DNA of 64,000 bases from Camelus dromedarius (Eukaryota). The stretch covers positions 98,148,001 through 98,212,000 of the forward strand of contig NC_087437.1 of NCBI RefSeq assembly GCF_036321535.1. Direction: 5' to 3'. Under the pieces are notes generated by a model. That model had not been told where the DNA came from. It did no database searches and was given only the letters and a program-made list of their open reading frames with translations. This document shows, in pieces, positions 26,903-39,600 of the stretch. Numbering within the stretch: position 1 is the first letter of the stretch; every line of letters begins with the position of its first letter. The translations under genes were made by a program, and so were the position numbers.

Positions 26903-27100
26903 TGAGAGCAAACTTTTTTCTGTAAAATCTCAGGTAGTAAATATTTTAAGACTTGCAAGCCAGATGCTCTCTTTTACAACTTCAACTCCACCACTGTAGC
27001 AAAAATATAAGTCAGAGACAATGTATACATAACTGGGCATGACTGTGTTTCAATAAAATTTTATATACAAAAGCAAGAAGGGTATAGATTGCTGACTCTT
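26903..27100. mobile_element. MER58A-like (hAT-Charlie) element
   Basis: gcaaacttttttctgtaaa...gtaaatattttaagacttgc...gactgtgtttcaataaaattttat. Confidence 0.85.
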
Positions 27101-27118
27101 CCTATAAAAAATGATAAG

Positions 27119-27471
27119 TCAGCCTTGATATGTGAACACTTTGAAGTATAGGCCTTTTCCCTGAAGCTCTGAAACTCTCTTTGTTGCAGACACAAAGTCT
27201 TCCCTGAGCTTACAGCTGAGCATCCATGCAAACATCAGTGTAAAACAAATACCACCTGAAGATGACAGAGAATTAATGGGTGTGGTTAATTTATTACTGA
27301 TAGTTTTCAAATGTGAAGATTTGATGAGGTTTCTGATGTGAATAAGGCAATTGAGAGCCATATAGGATTGTTTCTGTGACATGAAAAACAAGGATAATAA
27401 AGCCATTCCCAAAAAAAGTCCACAAGAGTAATGATTGAGTCTATTTTCAAATATGTCTTTGCATGCTATAT
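27119..27471 (-). pseudogene. Possible exon remnant: (D)IACKDIFENRLNHYSCGLFLGMALLSLFFMSQKQSYMALNCLIHIRNLIKSSHL...
   Basis: ttcttctatttttataaatcag| acceptor; 116 open codons in non-repetitive AT-rich DNA; donor not located. Confidence 0.45.
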
Positions 27472-27689
27472 CTGATTTATAAAAATAGAAGAACATCTTT
27501 AAGAGAAAAAATCTTGAGATACAGCATACAATAATTCTGAGAGATAATACACATAATATGCCAAGAATAGAGAAAGAATATCAAATAAGGAGATTCAGCA
27601 AGTCTGGAATAGGGCTTCAACGTGTGTAAGACTCCTTGGCTGTGTTCATCTCTGATTGAGAACCACTGGCCTAGAAGATGCTAACTTTT

Positions 27690-29480
27690 GTTGGGTGTGG
27701 GACTTGATATTTACTCTACCTACAGGCTACTGGGATATCCTGTTACCATTTTGTGGATGCTGGAAGAAAACATGAGACCTCTGGGTCAGAGACAAAGGAC
27801 GTCATTACTCATATCACAGAACACAGCATGAGCATAAAAAGCTGTGTTTGTTTCCCTTGCTCCCAAGTCCCACAGGGTGACAGAAAGAGCCCAGACGGAT
27901 CCTGTGTCTGTTTATGTCACAGCCTGAGGAACACCGAGTTCAGGGAAATCCATTGCTTCCATAGAGAGCAGCAAGTAAGGCTAATTTTTGTCTCAGAGGG
28001 ACACAGTACCTCATTCCTCAACGTTACTCATAAGACCAGAGATCTAAGAATTGGCCAACATGAAAGAGAAGTCAGGGACTTGAAATCTTTGCATTCCCAG
28101 CACATCACGCAAGAGCACAAGCAACTCATGCCCCTTTCAACAGGTTGAAATGAAAAAAGCAAGGCTGTGGCAAAAACTGAAATTGTGACAGACAACGCTA
28201 TATTGTGGCTTAACATCATCACATAACGTACTCTAGGACTCCGATAAATATACAAAACCTGACAGATGATTTCATAAGAATTTTGATCAGAGGTAAAAAT
28301 ATACTATGGGAAACAAGGCATTGACAAATCTCTAGGGACTTGATATAACGTATGCAATTTCTGAAATATTTATATTTATAATGTTTATCTTTACAAACTT
28401 AACTAGTGTCTCTCCTGAAAATGTTTCCCATGCAACTCTTATAATAGTAGCATATCAAACAAAATGAATTAGTTCAAACATTTCTTTTTATAAGCCAGAG
28501 AGCAAATCTTTGTAATTTTTTAGGAGCCTTCTGGGAAATTCCAGAGATAGTTTAGGAGTAAAAGAAACGCTAGAAATTTCATTTTATTTCTTCTATATTT
28601 AGAACCTAAATTTTGGAAGGCTAAAATCAAAAAATTTTAAGAGGAGATTTGGAGCATGATCAAAATAAGATTATGAGTGCTTAAGAAATAATAGTTAGTT
28701 ACTTATTTAAGCAAAGTGACAATGAGATATTTAAAAATAAACATGGAAAGTAGCATGATTGTAGACACCTTAGCTCTTTCGTAAGTGAGGGATCTTTGTT
28801 CTTTATTTTTTGTCTTGTTTTGCATAATAAGGAAACTGAATCAGCAAAAAACACAAAAAATTATTCTGATAAAATATAGAATCTCTGCTATCCATGTGGA
28901 TTACACAGTAGAGGAAGATCAATTGTAATTCCACTGGGCAAAATTCATTTGTATGTCTGTAGACAAGAACCATTTGCATTGTTATGCATTATCTACAATG
29001 AAAATAACTGTAAATAGCTCAAAGACAACAGAAAGACAGAGAATCCATGGAATCTTGGAATAAGATAACCCCAAAAGATATGCTTACAATCTTTTTACCC
29101 CATTTTAAAGTCTCTCTTGATTGCTTTCTATATCCATAAAAGGAAGTTTTAAAATGAACATTTATTTCTAACTTTGTGAAATTTTAAAGACCAAAATGAT
29201 CTAGAAACCACAAAAAATTATTTACAAAGGAGTGATCTGACAGACAAGAAAATACAAGATTTCTGATAAACAGAAATCAATACTCTCAAGTAAGTGATAA
29301 GGTCCCATTTCTTTAAGTAAAATCCATCTTCTATTCCTTTTAAAATACATTATACTTATGATTTGTTTCAGTTTAGCTGTAGGAAGAATAATTAAAGTTC
29401 TATTAACTAAAGGAATTTAAAACTGTATATTATACAAGTAATTTAAGACAAAAACGTGAGTTTGAATGAAACTTATTTGA
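27690..29480 (-). mobile_element. ERV LTR (~27690-28145) plus degenerate ERV internal sequence
   Basis: ggatgctggaagaaaacatgagacctctgggtcagagacaaaggac...attactca LTR-like; MER4-group-like internal gagccttctgggaaattccagagatagtttagg; subfamily uncertain. Confidence 0.6.
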
Positions 29481-29489
29481 TCACTATAT

Positions 29490-29870
29490 TATAATAGAAA
29501 TGCTAGCTGCTCTAACATACACCCAATATCTCTGTGTTAACAAAATAAAGTTTTATTTCTTGCTCATAGAAAATACTTATGTATTGGGCAACTTTAAGTG
29601 ATGATCTGGTGTCTGAGTTCCTCCTATCATGTGATTCTGTTGGTTGGAGTCTTTTACTTCCAGACCCACAGAGCAAGCAAATGAAGAATCTCATGAGTGA
29701 GTTTAGGCACAAAATTTGGAGTTGATTTTCAACACTTCCATGCACATTGCCTTTGTCTGAAGTAGGCAAGTGGCCCTAACTCAGCTGCAAAAATGCTGAG
29801 AAGTATGTTCATATTGTGTGCATAGAAAAAGGAATAGGTTTCTAAGTAGCTACCAGTCACTCCCATAACC
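29490..29870 (-). mobile_element. Old MaLR LTR (MLT1J/K-like)
   Basis: gctagctgctctaaca...aaagttttatttcttgctcat...tggccctaactcagctgcaa. Confidence 0.65.
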
Positions 29871-30417
29871 ATTATGACTGATATAACTAATTTTCAGCCA
29901 AAAATATTTCCTTATAAATCATAATAATTGATTTATCTTTTTTGAATTCTTTTAGTTTTTATTTCTATTATTCTTATAGTCAGTGGAAAATTGCCCAACT
30001 CTGTGACCCCTTGTCAGTCTGAAGACCCAGTCTTGGAGGCTGTTAACAGATCAAAGGCTGTATCACATTCAGAAGAGGACAACCACATGGAAATAAATGA
30101 GCAATGGAGCCAACAGTGTATCAACATGTCTTTCCATGCTTCGTGCACCATCAGCTATTTATTTCAATATTTTGTATGTCATCAGCACTTTGCTTGACAG
30201 CTCCATTTGTTCACTTTTCACACTTCTTTTGAGTAAACAGCACATATAATAGTTCCATTTCAGAACAGCACATTAATCTTCCCTTGTTAAGGGATGACTT
30301 GTCCTCACACTTGTCATCACACTTCTCTTGTGATATGACATCATCTCCTCATTTGCTGAGATAAATTCCAAACAACAAAAAGATCACACAGGCATTTGAA
30401 TTTCTACATTTGTCTAC

Positions 30418-30800
30418 CTGATTTGCAGCACAACTTGGACAGAGAGGGAAAGGGGGAAACTAGTCATTGATAAAGGTATTTTTTTCTTGGCACTTTTATA
30501 TTTTCTACACAGTTTGTACACATCGTTCAGAGTCTCTAATAGACTTAAGCCAACTGGGTGGATTGGCCGGTAGGTTACATCAATCCATGGCAGAAAATCT
30601 AAACATCCATTCACCCACAGCACAGGGGAGGGCAGCTGGTCCCACTGGCCCATCAGCAGCCTTAAGAGCCTGTCTTCTGGAGTACTGAGTAATTAGAGCC
30701 ATAAGCTGATGGCTGAATTTAAAGCAATTCTGGAAGTTTTCCTCTCAGAAAGCAAGCCATAAAAGTTATGATCATTTATAAATGACACTTGAATTAAGTC
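30418..30800 (-). pseudogene. Exon remnant: DLIQVSFINDHNFYGLLSERKTSRIALNSAISLWL*LLSTPEDRLLRLLMGQWDQLPSPVLWVNGCLDFLPWIDVTYRPIHPVGLSLLETLNDVYKLCRKYK...
   Basis: attaccttttgaacag| ... CAG|gtagac; 383 nt with one stop in 127 codons. Confidence 0.65.
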
Positions 30801-31155
30801 CTGTTCAAAAGGTAATGCAGAGACACTGCACAATAGCAGTGTTCGTGGGCTCAGAAAGGGCATTCAGCAGCCATGTGTCACTACGAGGTAAGCACTATCA
30901 TTAAGTTCCTATCAGATTCTATTTGAACCTCTAATTTACCATAATGATTCTGAAAATTTCAGCTCTACTCTGCCTCTCACCCTTCCTGTTTGTGAGCTCA
31001 ACTTGGAATTTGACTACTGTTAAATATAGGGGAAAGTTGCTAGGTTTGACATTATAACACTTCATATGAAAGACATACTGAAACTGAAAAACGCACAGTT
31101 AACTAAATGAGATGATCTGGTTTTCATATAAGATGGCAATATGATGATGACTTAC

Positions 31156-31227
31156 AATGTAGAATACACATCATATAATGTATTTACTGACTACCTTTTA
31201 CCCATAAGACATTATGGGGTATAAAGA
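31156..31227 (-). pseudogene. Exon remnant (72 nt): SLYPIMSYG*KVVSKYII*CVFYI
   Basis: ttttctattcttctaag| ... ATT|gtaagt; phase 0 to 0 fits the next exon. Confidence 0.45.
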
Positions 31228-31249
31228 CTTAGAAGAATAGAAAATTTTA

Positions 31250-31695
31250 AAAAATGCAGATGTTCATAAATAGGAGAATGAATAAATTAGGCTGTGTTCA
31301 AACTGTGAAATACTATATAATAGAGAAAAAGAATAAACTACAGCTACACTTATCAGTGTGGAAGATTCTCATGAACATAAATGTTGGGAGAAAAAAGCAA
31401 GTGAGCAAAGAATACATTGGTATGAGATTATTTATATAAACTTGAAAAAGATACAAAAGAGAATATGTATTGCTTAGGAGTGTATCTGCTGGAAGTGCAT
31501 TCGGAGATAAATACCAGTGGCTCCCTCTAGAGGCAGGAAGAAGAGAAACATGATCTGAGAGGAGAACCCAGGACTTCAAATGCACAGATAATATTTCATT
31601 TGTTTAGCTGTGTGATAGGTACATGTGCTCATTTTATCTTCTTTTATACTTTTTTGTGTATGGAAATATTTGCAAAATAAAATTTAATAAAACAA
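31250..31695 (+). mobile_element. Old L1 3' end
   Basis: gaatgaataaattaggctgtgttca...gaataaactacagctacac...attctcatgaacataaatgttg. Confidence 0.8.
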
Positions 31696-31728
31696 AGTGT
31701 GTAATGGTCCTTACCTTTAAAAATCTAG

Positions 31729-32575
31729 TGTAATAGTAAGAAATATATATTTGATCTTTATCCCCAGTTCTTGACACAGATTTTCAAAAACCCTTGGAAT
31801 TTCCTGAGTTATAAGGATGATAGGAGTATCTTTTGTTATTCATAAAAAGCCTCTTTCAAAAATACATAAGTTTATACTAATAAGGTGACTCTGAGTGAGT
31901 CCCTAGATAGCTTCAGGATGGGGACTGCTTGCCAGAGGGATCAACCATGTGACTGGATGATTGGTACTTTCAATCCCACCCCCAGACTACCGGAGTTGGA
32001 AGACAATTGGGTTTGATCACCTATGGCCAGAGATTTAGTCAATCATGCCAACATAAAGGAACCTCCATAAAACTCTTAAATGATGGGGTTCAAAGAGCCT
32101 CCAGGTGGGTGAACACATCGAGGTGCTAGGAGGGGACACTCCCAGAGAGAACACGAAATTTCTGTGCCTCTTCCCGGTATCTTACTTTATGTGTCTCTCC
32201 CGTTTGGTTGTTCCTGAGTTGTATCCTTTACAATAAGCCATCAATAGTAAGTAAATGTTTTCCTGAGTTCTATGAGCCTGTCTAACAAATGATCCAACCT
32301 GAAGAGCGGGTTTGAGAACCCTCTGAATTTATAGCTGGTTGGTCAGAAATATAGATGGAAATCTGAGACATAGAACTGGCATCTGAAGTGGGAGTCTTAT
32401 GGGACTGAGCCCTTCACCTATGGAATCCATGCTAACTCTCTGCAGTTAGTGTCAGAATTGCACTGAATTATAGGAATTCACTCAGTTGGTGTCCAATAAG
32501 AGAACTGGTTGTTGAATGAAAGAAAAACCCCCACACATCTGATGTTAGAAGTTTTGTGAGTAGAAACGCTATCAT
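31729..32575 (+). mobile_element. MER21-family ERV LTR
   Basis: cccttggaatttcctgagt...gtccctagatagcttcaggatgggg...tcaatcatgcc...ttcctgagttgtatccttta...ggcatctgaagtggg. Confidence 0.85.
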
Positions 32576-32798
32576 ACCCAGCTATGGAGAAGATATATCT
32601 GCACATAAAAAAGTAGATGATGGTACAAAATTACAACTGTATATATTTCAAATGAGTCTTACTGGTAATATTCCTGGAGTCTTCAGAAATTTTTCATGAA
32701 GAGAATGGAAAGTCTTATTATCAAAGAGGAAGGCTAAGGTAGGAAGAGTATTGTCTGCTATATTCAGTGCTGAATCCCCAGTCCCAGGCATATCTCAC

Positions 32799-32987
32799 GT
32801 CATCTCTACATAGGATGGCTTTGCTAGAAGGACAACTGGCATTTCCTAACACCCGGGCACTAGATATAGAGAGCACATACATATATGGACCAGTTAGTCA
32901 TGTACTTTATACAGTGGTTATCAACCCCATAGAACTCTTTCCTCCAGAGGAAACTTACAGTAGATATTTGTGGTTTAATATTTATAC
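32799..32987 (-). pseudogene. Exon remnant(s): INIKPQISTVSFLWRKEFYGVDNHCIKYMTNWSIY and EMPVVLLAKPSYVEM
   Basis: atatatcag| ... TAT|gtatgt and GAC|gtgaga; both pieces open. Confidence 0.45.
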
Positions 32988-33827
32988 CTGATATATCAAC
33001 AGTGGATTAGAGAGGGAACTTAAGGGTATATCTGAGAAAGCAAGTATTTTGATCCTTTCAAATGAACCTTGATGCTCCTATGAAAAACAAATATTAAATG
33101 TTTGCAACAACAAAAAAAGACACAGCGAAGTCTAGACCACTTCAGCTACTAATGTCAAAAGTACTGAAATGAGAATTGGTAAGTCTGAAATAAGAGTTTC
33201 TTTATTGTTAGCACTTATTTTTTAATTAGAAAGTTATTAAAGTGCAGTTGACTTAGATTAGTTTCAGGTGTACTGTTTACACTTGCTGGTCTCAAGGTGG
33301 AATAGGGGGAGAACAGAAACAGAAAATATTGATATGTTTTAAATAGTTCTACATAACTTAAAGAGAAAAAGCAAGCCTCAGAGTCAAGGCTTTATGTCAC
33401 AAGATTAAATAAAAGAGGACTAAAGTGACCTGACCAACATGTGTGTCCACAGGATGACCAAGAAACCAGGTTCAGTGCATTAAGTCAAACAACTACAAAT
33501 TCAATGAAAAATCAATCTGGAGGTGGCAGAAGCTTATTTGTGGGCTATCTTCCATCTCTTTTAGCCATCACTCTAGCAACAGACAGACTTCAAATTGCAT
33601 ACACTTGAGAATTTAAAGGTATAAGATGTATAAAGCACTTAAAACAGTCTACTATGTACTAAGTCCTCAATAAACATTGACAGCTCTGCTAAAATAATAA
33701 GTCTATTAATAAATATTTTTGTTAGTGGATATTTAATTTTTTATTATATTCATGAAGTCTCTTTCAATGTCATTGCTTTTTTTAACCGTGGCTTCATATG
33801 ACCCTGTCATAAAAGTCTACCCTTTAC

Positions 33828-34513
33828 CCAGTACCCCAGCAAGTTTCCCGCACCGGAACGTCCTAACACCAAGGAATCTGAAGCATGCATGATGAGGGCG
33901 ATTTCTACAGTGACAAATAGACAGAATTTGTGCCATTTGGTCGAAGTTCAGCTCCCCAGGGTGTATTCTTTGGCCTCTGTGGGTCCCACTATCTGCTGCT
34001 CTGCTCCTGTCTGTGTATCATCTTTATCAAATGATAGAAGTAGGAGGGTTGGAGGTGGGGGGTGGTGAAGGACGAAACCAAATGTATGAAACCTCCAACC
34101 CACCACAACGGCTTCACGTTACCAGTACCGTGAAGAGGCTTGTTACAGGATAAAAAAAAAAAAAATGCAGAAATACTCATATAAGAATCAGGAAATCCAA
34201 GGCATAGTCTAAATTTTGCCTGAGTGAACTTGGGACTAGTTACTTAACTTTTATGACTGCAATAGTATGTTCAAATTAGAAAATCTTTCAGATCCCTTCC
34301 AGTTCTAAATTCTCTGACTCATTAATCCAGTATTTCCCAAGATACTGAAGAATCACCTATAAATAGGAAGGGGCAGGACTTTCTCCCCCCTCATCAGGCT
34401 CTCATTTTCAACATACACTATTACTGTCCAATTTTTAATGAAATCCTCTGGCAACGCCAGTGATTCCTCCATTACTCACCATGAACAAAAGGGCCATACT
34501 TGTTTCCCAACCT
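33828..34513 (-). pseudogene. Two exon remnants: 34480-34513 (RLGNKYGPFVH) and 33828-34138 (ASSRYW*REAVVVGWRFHTFGFVLHH...EYTLGS*TSTKWHKFCLFVTVEIALIMHASDSLVLGRSGAGNLLGYW)
   Basis: tttctag|...ATG|gtgagt (phase 0 to 1), then poly-T...aacaag|...TGG|gtaaag (311 nt, phase 1 to 0; 2 stops in 103 codons). Confidence 0.55.
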
Positions 34514-34949
34514 CTAGAAATAATTGAATAAACATGTGGAATAGCAACAAGATTCCTGGACCCAGAAGATCTGGGTCCAACCTCTGATTATACCACTTAC
34601 TAGCAGTTAAAATGATATCAGTTATAGTATTGTAGTTATCTTGGAGATTTTGTCACTGACTTCGCTTGCTTTAGAGAAGAGCAAACACATCTTGTGAGAT
34701 TAATGATACATACTTCTGGTGACATGATGGGAACCTAGTGGTTTTTTTTTTTTTTCCTAATGCCTTGAAACCAATGACTAAGGGGAAAAAAATGGCACCA
34801 AAAGATGTTCTTCAAATAAAATCCAATGTGCAACTTCAATATATGATTGCATCACAGTGATGCCGGAGCCTCAATGATTCCACTGGACCTCTCCACATCT
34901 TCCGTGCTAGGCCTGAGGCAGTATCAGCTCAGCCCCAGAACTTCCAAAG

Positions 34950-35100
34950 CCCCTCCTCAAAGCGGCCATCAGCATCACCTGGGAGCCTAGCAGAAGTGCA
35001 GAATCTCAGGCCATGTCCCAGCCTCACCGAATAGAACGTACCCTGTGATGTGATCCCCAGGTGGGTTGTGTGCATGATAAACTCAAAAAGCACTGATCTA
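34950..35100. mobile_element. MER5A-like element
   Basis: cagcatcacctgggagcctagcagaagtgcagaatctcaggcc...gatccccaggtg...aagcactg. Confidence 0.85.
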
Positions 35101-35770
35101 AAATACAATATAAAAACCACTGAATTACTCCATGCTGTTCCCCTCCATTAAAATCTCTGCTCTAGCTTTCTTACTGCCTACCTTATAGTGTTGTTGAAAC
35201 TATGAGTGTGAACTCATTCTAGAGAGTACACATTTTACAAACAGAGGGTAATTTTATTAGTTGAAGTTCCTAGAAACTTTTGCTGCTTTCTTGCTTGTGT
35301 TCCAGCTAAAATTTCCTCGAAAGTCCCATTGAAAAGAATAACCCTACGTGCTAAAACTATCCTGATGTCTTAACAGATATTCTATAGGACAAAAAAAAAT
35401 GCTTGTTTGGTCTGATTATAGAATTTTTAGTTTAACAATAATTCCATGTGTACTCTTTCTCCAATTTCTGCTGATCTAAGTCACTTTCATTAACTGAAAT
35501 ATTTTGTTGTATACTGTTTTCACTGTATACCAGGTGTGGTATTTGATGAGTTAAGTGCTTTATCCAGTTATCATGCTTAAATCCCCTTTCCAATTAGTAC
35601 ATCCTACCTCAAGTATTTGAAGCCATGAAGCAAAACCCATTTAAAAATGTAACATAGCTAAACAAAATACAGAAAAAGAGGTGATTGACAACCAAAAGAC
35701 ACTCGGATAAATACAGAATGACCAAATGAAACAAAATTGAAGAAACAGAATGCAAATAAGTTCAACATTT

Positions 35771-36007
35771 TCATCTCCTACATATCCCTTTTCTTTCCTT
35801 TCGTATGTGAATACTTGTTTTTATCTGAAAATTCACTTCACAGAGGCTACTCCTAAAGGCTAGATTTTTCCAACTGAAAACATGATATGTAGCAAGATAG
35901 TTATTTTGACAAGTTTCCAAAAAGCTCAAAACCATGCAGTTAACCAGAGCTTGTCGCAAGGAGATATAACGCATTATGCTTTTCTTGAATGTGTTCTGCT
36001 TAGTCAG
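35771..36007 (-). pseudogene. Exon remnant: LTKQNTFKKSIMRYISLRQALVNCMVLSFLETCQNNYLATYHVFSWKNLAFRSSLCE... (donor not located)
   Basis: ttttctccttaaattag| phase-0 acceptor continues the frame of 36890-37044; open for 78 codons. Confidence 0.5.
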
Positions 36008-36889
36008 CTAATTTAAGGAGAAAACCCATTTATATAACTGAGCTGTGAAGTAGTTGGATGATCTCACGATTCCTCTTTCATCTCTTGATTTTTTTTTTTT
36101 TTACTTAATTATAAGAGTCATCATTAGAACACTTAGAAACAAAGAGTATTAGAGTTTGGATGGGTTTTTGTCTCTCTTTTTCTTTCTCTCACAATATGAA
36201 CTCTCCAGATATACGCAGTTACTGGGAGGAAAAGCAAGAGAGGAAAACTGACTGTATATCCATAATGAATTTTCCTGGATAATGCAAAATATCCGTTTCC
36301 AACCATCTGTACATGTTATACTGAGTCATGCAATTATAGAGCTAGATTCTTAGTTATTACTCTTACACACCTGCACCAACCCATTCTTCTCTTCAACCCA
36401 TTTTCATTTCCTCCCCTTTTCTTTACATTTTTTTTAGTTTTTGCCTTCTTACTCTCTTTTTACATTAGTCTAGACTTTTTTTTAAACTATAGTAAAGTAG
36501 CATTAAAGGTTGTAAATCTAAAAATGCTGAAGATGAGGAGAGACAAAGGGTACATTTCTTCAAGAAATATTATGCAGAATTAATTTTGAAAATACTATAT
36601 ACTTTCTTATATACACTCCATACAGAAGAAGCAAGGAGTGAGGTACTCAAGTTTATATTGTCCCTAAAAAGAACACTTTAAAAAAAAGTTGTACGAACTT
36701 GTTTTCTAGAGATCAGAACCATGAAAACAGTATCCTTAAACTCTTAAACAAAATATATTTGTTCTTCTTCCATAGACACTTTATCCAAATAATTAATCCA
36801 AATACCCAAATTTAGTCCAAATATCCAAATAAAAGATATTTAGTCTATTGAGATGTTAAATGGCCAATATCATCAGACTCAGAGGGTAC

Positions 36890-37044
36890 CAGACAAAAAC
36901 AATAAGCCTCCTCAGCCGTCCATAATTTAAGTTCCTCTTGGAACTTCATCAACTTTAGCATCATGACGCTACGGTTTCTGGGTACTAAACGACCCTTCCA
37001 AGTGGATAACACAGGGTGACTCTGCCACCTGCAGTCAGCACAGA
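36890..37044 (-). pseudogene. Exon remnant: CADCRWQSHPVLSTWKGRLVPRNRSVMMLKLMKFQEELKLWTAEEAYCFCL
   Basis: ttattttcttcttcag| ... CTG|gtaccc; 155 nt, open, phase 1 to 0; CpG-retaining. Confidence 0.55.
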
Positions 37045-37249
37045 CTGAAGAAGAAAATAACACGAAGTGTCCCCTTTGGTCTTTTAAAAATAGCATTTAT
37101 TGGAGATATTAAGAACTTATCAGTGCTCCAAAACTTAAGAACCTAGAGCAGATTGATACTGTTTGACAAATTGAGTGGTCTAGTTGGAAGAGTGCAAAAT
37201 TAACTCAGAAAAGCTACTGAATTTACTGTTGTTTCCTAATAATATAACT

Positions 37250-37950
37250 TCAGATTTTTTTCTAATTAGAGAATTTATAAATAAACATGTGACTTATCTT
37301 CAATGAGAAACACAAAAAGTATATAAAGAAGAAAAATGAAAATCACCCATAATTTATCACCAGAAATAACCATTGTTAATATGTTGGTATACTTCCCATT
37401 ATTCTTTTTACCATGCATCTAAGTATAGGTATACCTATACATGCATGGGTACATGCATATACTTTTTGGGCAGGGGGAGATCTCCAGTGTTTTTTTTCCT
37501 CCTTTTTCAGTTTTATTAGGTAGAATACAGTTCGACTGCACATACACATTATATTGCAGGTACATGCATATACTTACATGCATAGTACGTGCATGTTAGG
37601 TTGATATGCATAGATAATAATGCAGGTAGCTAATTTAACAAAGTTGAGATGGTTCTGTGTATGCAATATCGAGATTTTTTTAAATAGAAAAGTATAAGCA
37701 TCTCTCATATCATAAAATAGTCTCCAAAAATGATTTTTAATAGTTTACAATATATCATTATGTAACAATTTACTGAACTATCTAGATAATTAAGTATTCA
37801 TTTTTTCGAACTTTTTGATTTCCCTTTAAGGATTTAATTTTAGAAGTAAGATCAAAGGGTATAAGCATTCTTATGTCAGAGGGCACAAATAATTTTTAAA
37901 GAGCTTCATAAATTACCCAAAATTACTTCCTAAGAAATATTAAATAATTA
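37250..37950 (-). mobile_element. Old L1 (L1MC/ME-like) 3' fragment with RY-rich low-complexity insert
   Basis: aaatcacccataatttatcaccagaaataaccattgttaatatgttgg; tagaagtaagatcaaagggtataagcatt. Confidence 0.6.
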
Positions 37951-38539
37951 TTGAAAAGAAAATATGCATGAAGTTAAGCAACTAAATACATTAATGTATA
38001 ATCACTATAAACTTTCTTTAGTTGAGCAGGAAGTCAAGACAAATTCATAAGGTAGTGTAATAGTCCTTTAATTCCTTTGAAATTAAAATAATTATCAAAA
38101 AAAAGACTATTCATCTTTTTTGATGAATATTTATTTTAGTCAATGTAAACAAGAACTTAAAAAAGAAACAAGATTTATATAATTTAGAAGATTTTAGTTT
38201 TAGTTGTAAGGTTTTTCAAACTGCCTCTCTTCCACATAGAAAACAGATCTCCCAATACAATCATTTTCAAAATATTTAGTAAAATGCTTAAAAATGAGAA
38301 AAACAAGTGCCAAGAAACTAGCAGCATTCATCTTGCCTCTTTACTGAAATAAGCTTACTTGAAAATTGAACAACACACAAGAATTTCCTGAGTTGTGTTT
38401 TGTGATTAGTGGCAAGCCAAGTACCACTGGGAATACAAAATAAGTTATGACATATAAACAGAAAATGAAGACAGTACAGCTATGCACACAGTACCTTGGC
38501 ATATAGCTGAAGGACATCTGACTCAGCATGGCAGGGGGA

Positions 38540-39600
38540 GGTTGGACAGGAATGCCAGTGTTACAGTGGTTATGCTAGAAGAAATGGAGAAAGTGACATT
38601 AAGCTAATGATAAATAGTAGATGGCTGGAAATGGGGGCAGGTAAAAGGGGTAGATCAACCAGAGAGGGGAGGGGAAGGGAAGTCTCCAGGTAAACAGGAC
38701 CCCAGGACCAAAGACACAAACGTGAGGGAAAAGTTGCAGAAAACTACAAATAATTCAGTGCTGCTGAACCAAAGTTCAGGGAATGATAAGGAGATGGAGC
38801 TGGATAGGGAAGATCATGGATGACTCATATATATTATCAAAGTAGTCTGCAGATAATAAGTAGTTGCAAAAAGGTCCTGCATCAGCCTGATACAGTGTTA
38901 CTGACATCTTAAATAAGTTCTCTGCCAGTTCCTTTAAGGATGGACTTGAAGGTGACAAAATTAGAGGCAAATAGTCCAATAAGAAGACTGTTTTGATGGT
39001 CCAGCCAGAACAAACTTAGTGGATATAAAAGGGAAAGGAGTAGAAAATCTCAAGAAGTACTTAAGCATTAAAATGATCAAAACTTATGACTGGGTAGATA
39101 TGGAATTGTGGGAGAGGAAGACGATTAAACAGAAAGTTTAGAAATATTCTAAGAGATGACATACTCTGTTTTTGAAACATTAGGATCAATGTGATGATGA
39201 GTAGTTGACAGAAAGTTGGATGTAGGAATCCAGAGCATGAAAATTAAGGCTAGGATATACAGGTGCAAACAAGAGGATGGACAAGATCACCCACTGAGTA
39301 TTTTAAATGATAGATATCATAGGTTCAAGGATAGAATTCTGAGAAACCCTGACATTAAAGGATTAGCCATGTGAAAGGAGCCCATGGAAGATGCAGAGAA
39401 GAGACAAGAACCAGCAAAACACTGGGTTAGAGAAGAAAAGTGTGCCAAAAATTCAAAACAGACTGCAGCCTCTCATGAATGCCCATTGGATATGCCAAAC
39501 AGAAAGTTATTTGTGACCTTAGAGACATCAGTTGTATGTATTATGGGGGACTGAGAAAATGAGCAGATTGTAGTAACTTTCTTTGATGGAGATGGATGTC
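38540..39600 (-). mobile_element. Degenerate LINE-2
   Basis: Purine-rich antisense L2 motifs (ccaggtaaacaggac...caaagacaca; aagactgttttgatggtccag; gcccattggatatgcca...gtgaccttag). Confidence 0.55.

Noticed and set aside
33206..33284. ~60-bp antisense L1 3' tip with imperfect flanking repeat
   Set aside because: Ordinary severely truncated L1; TSD only 9/11.
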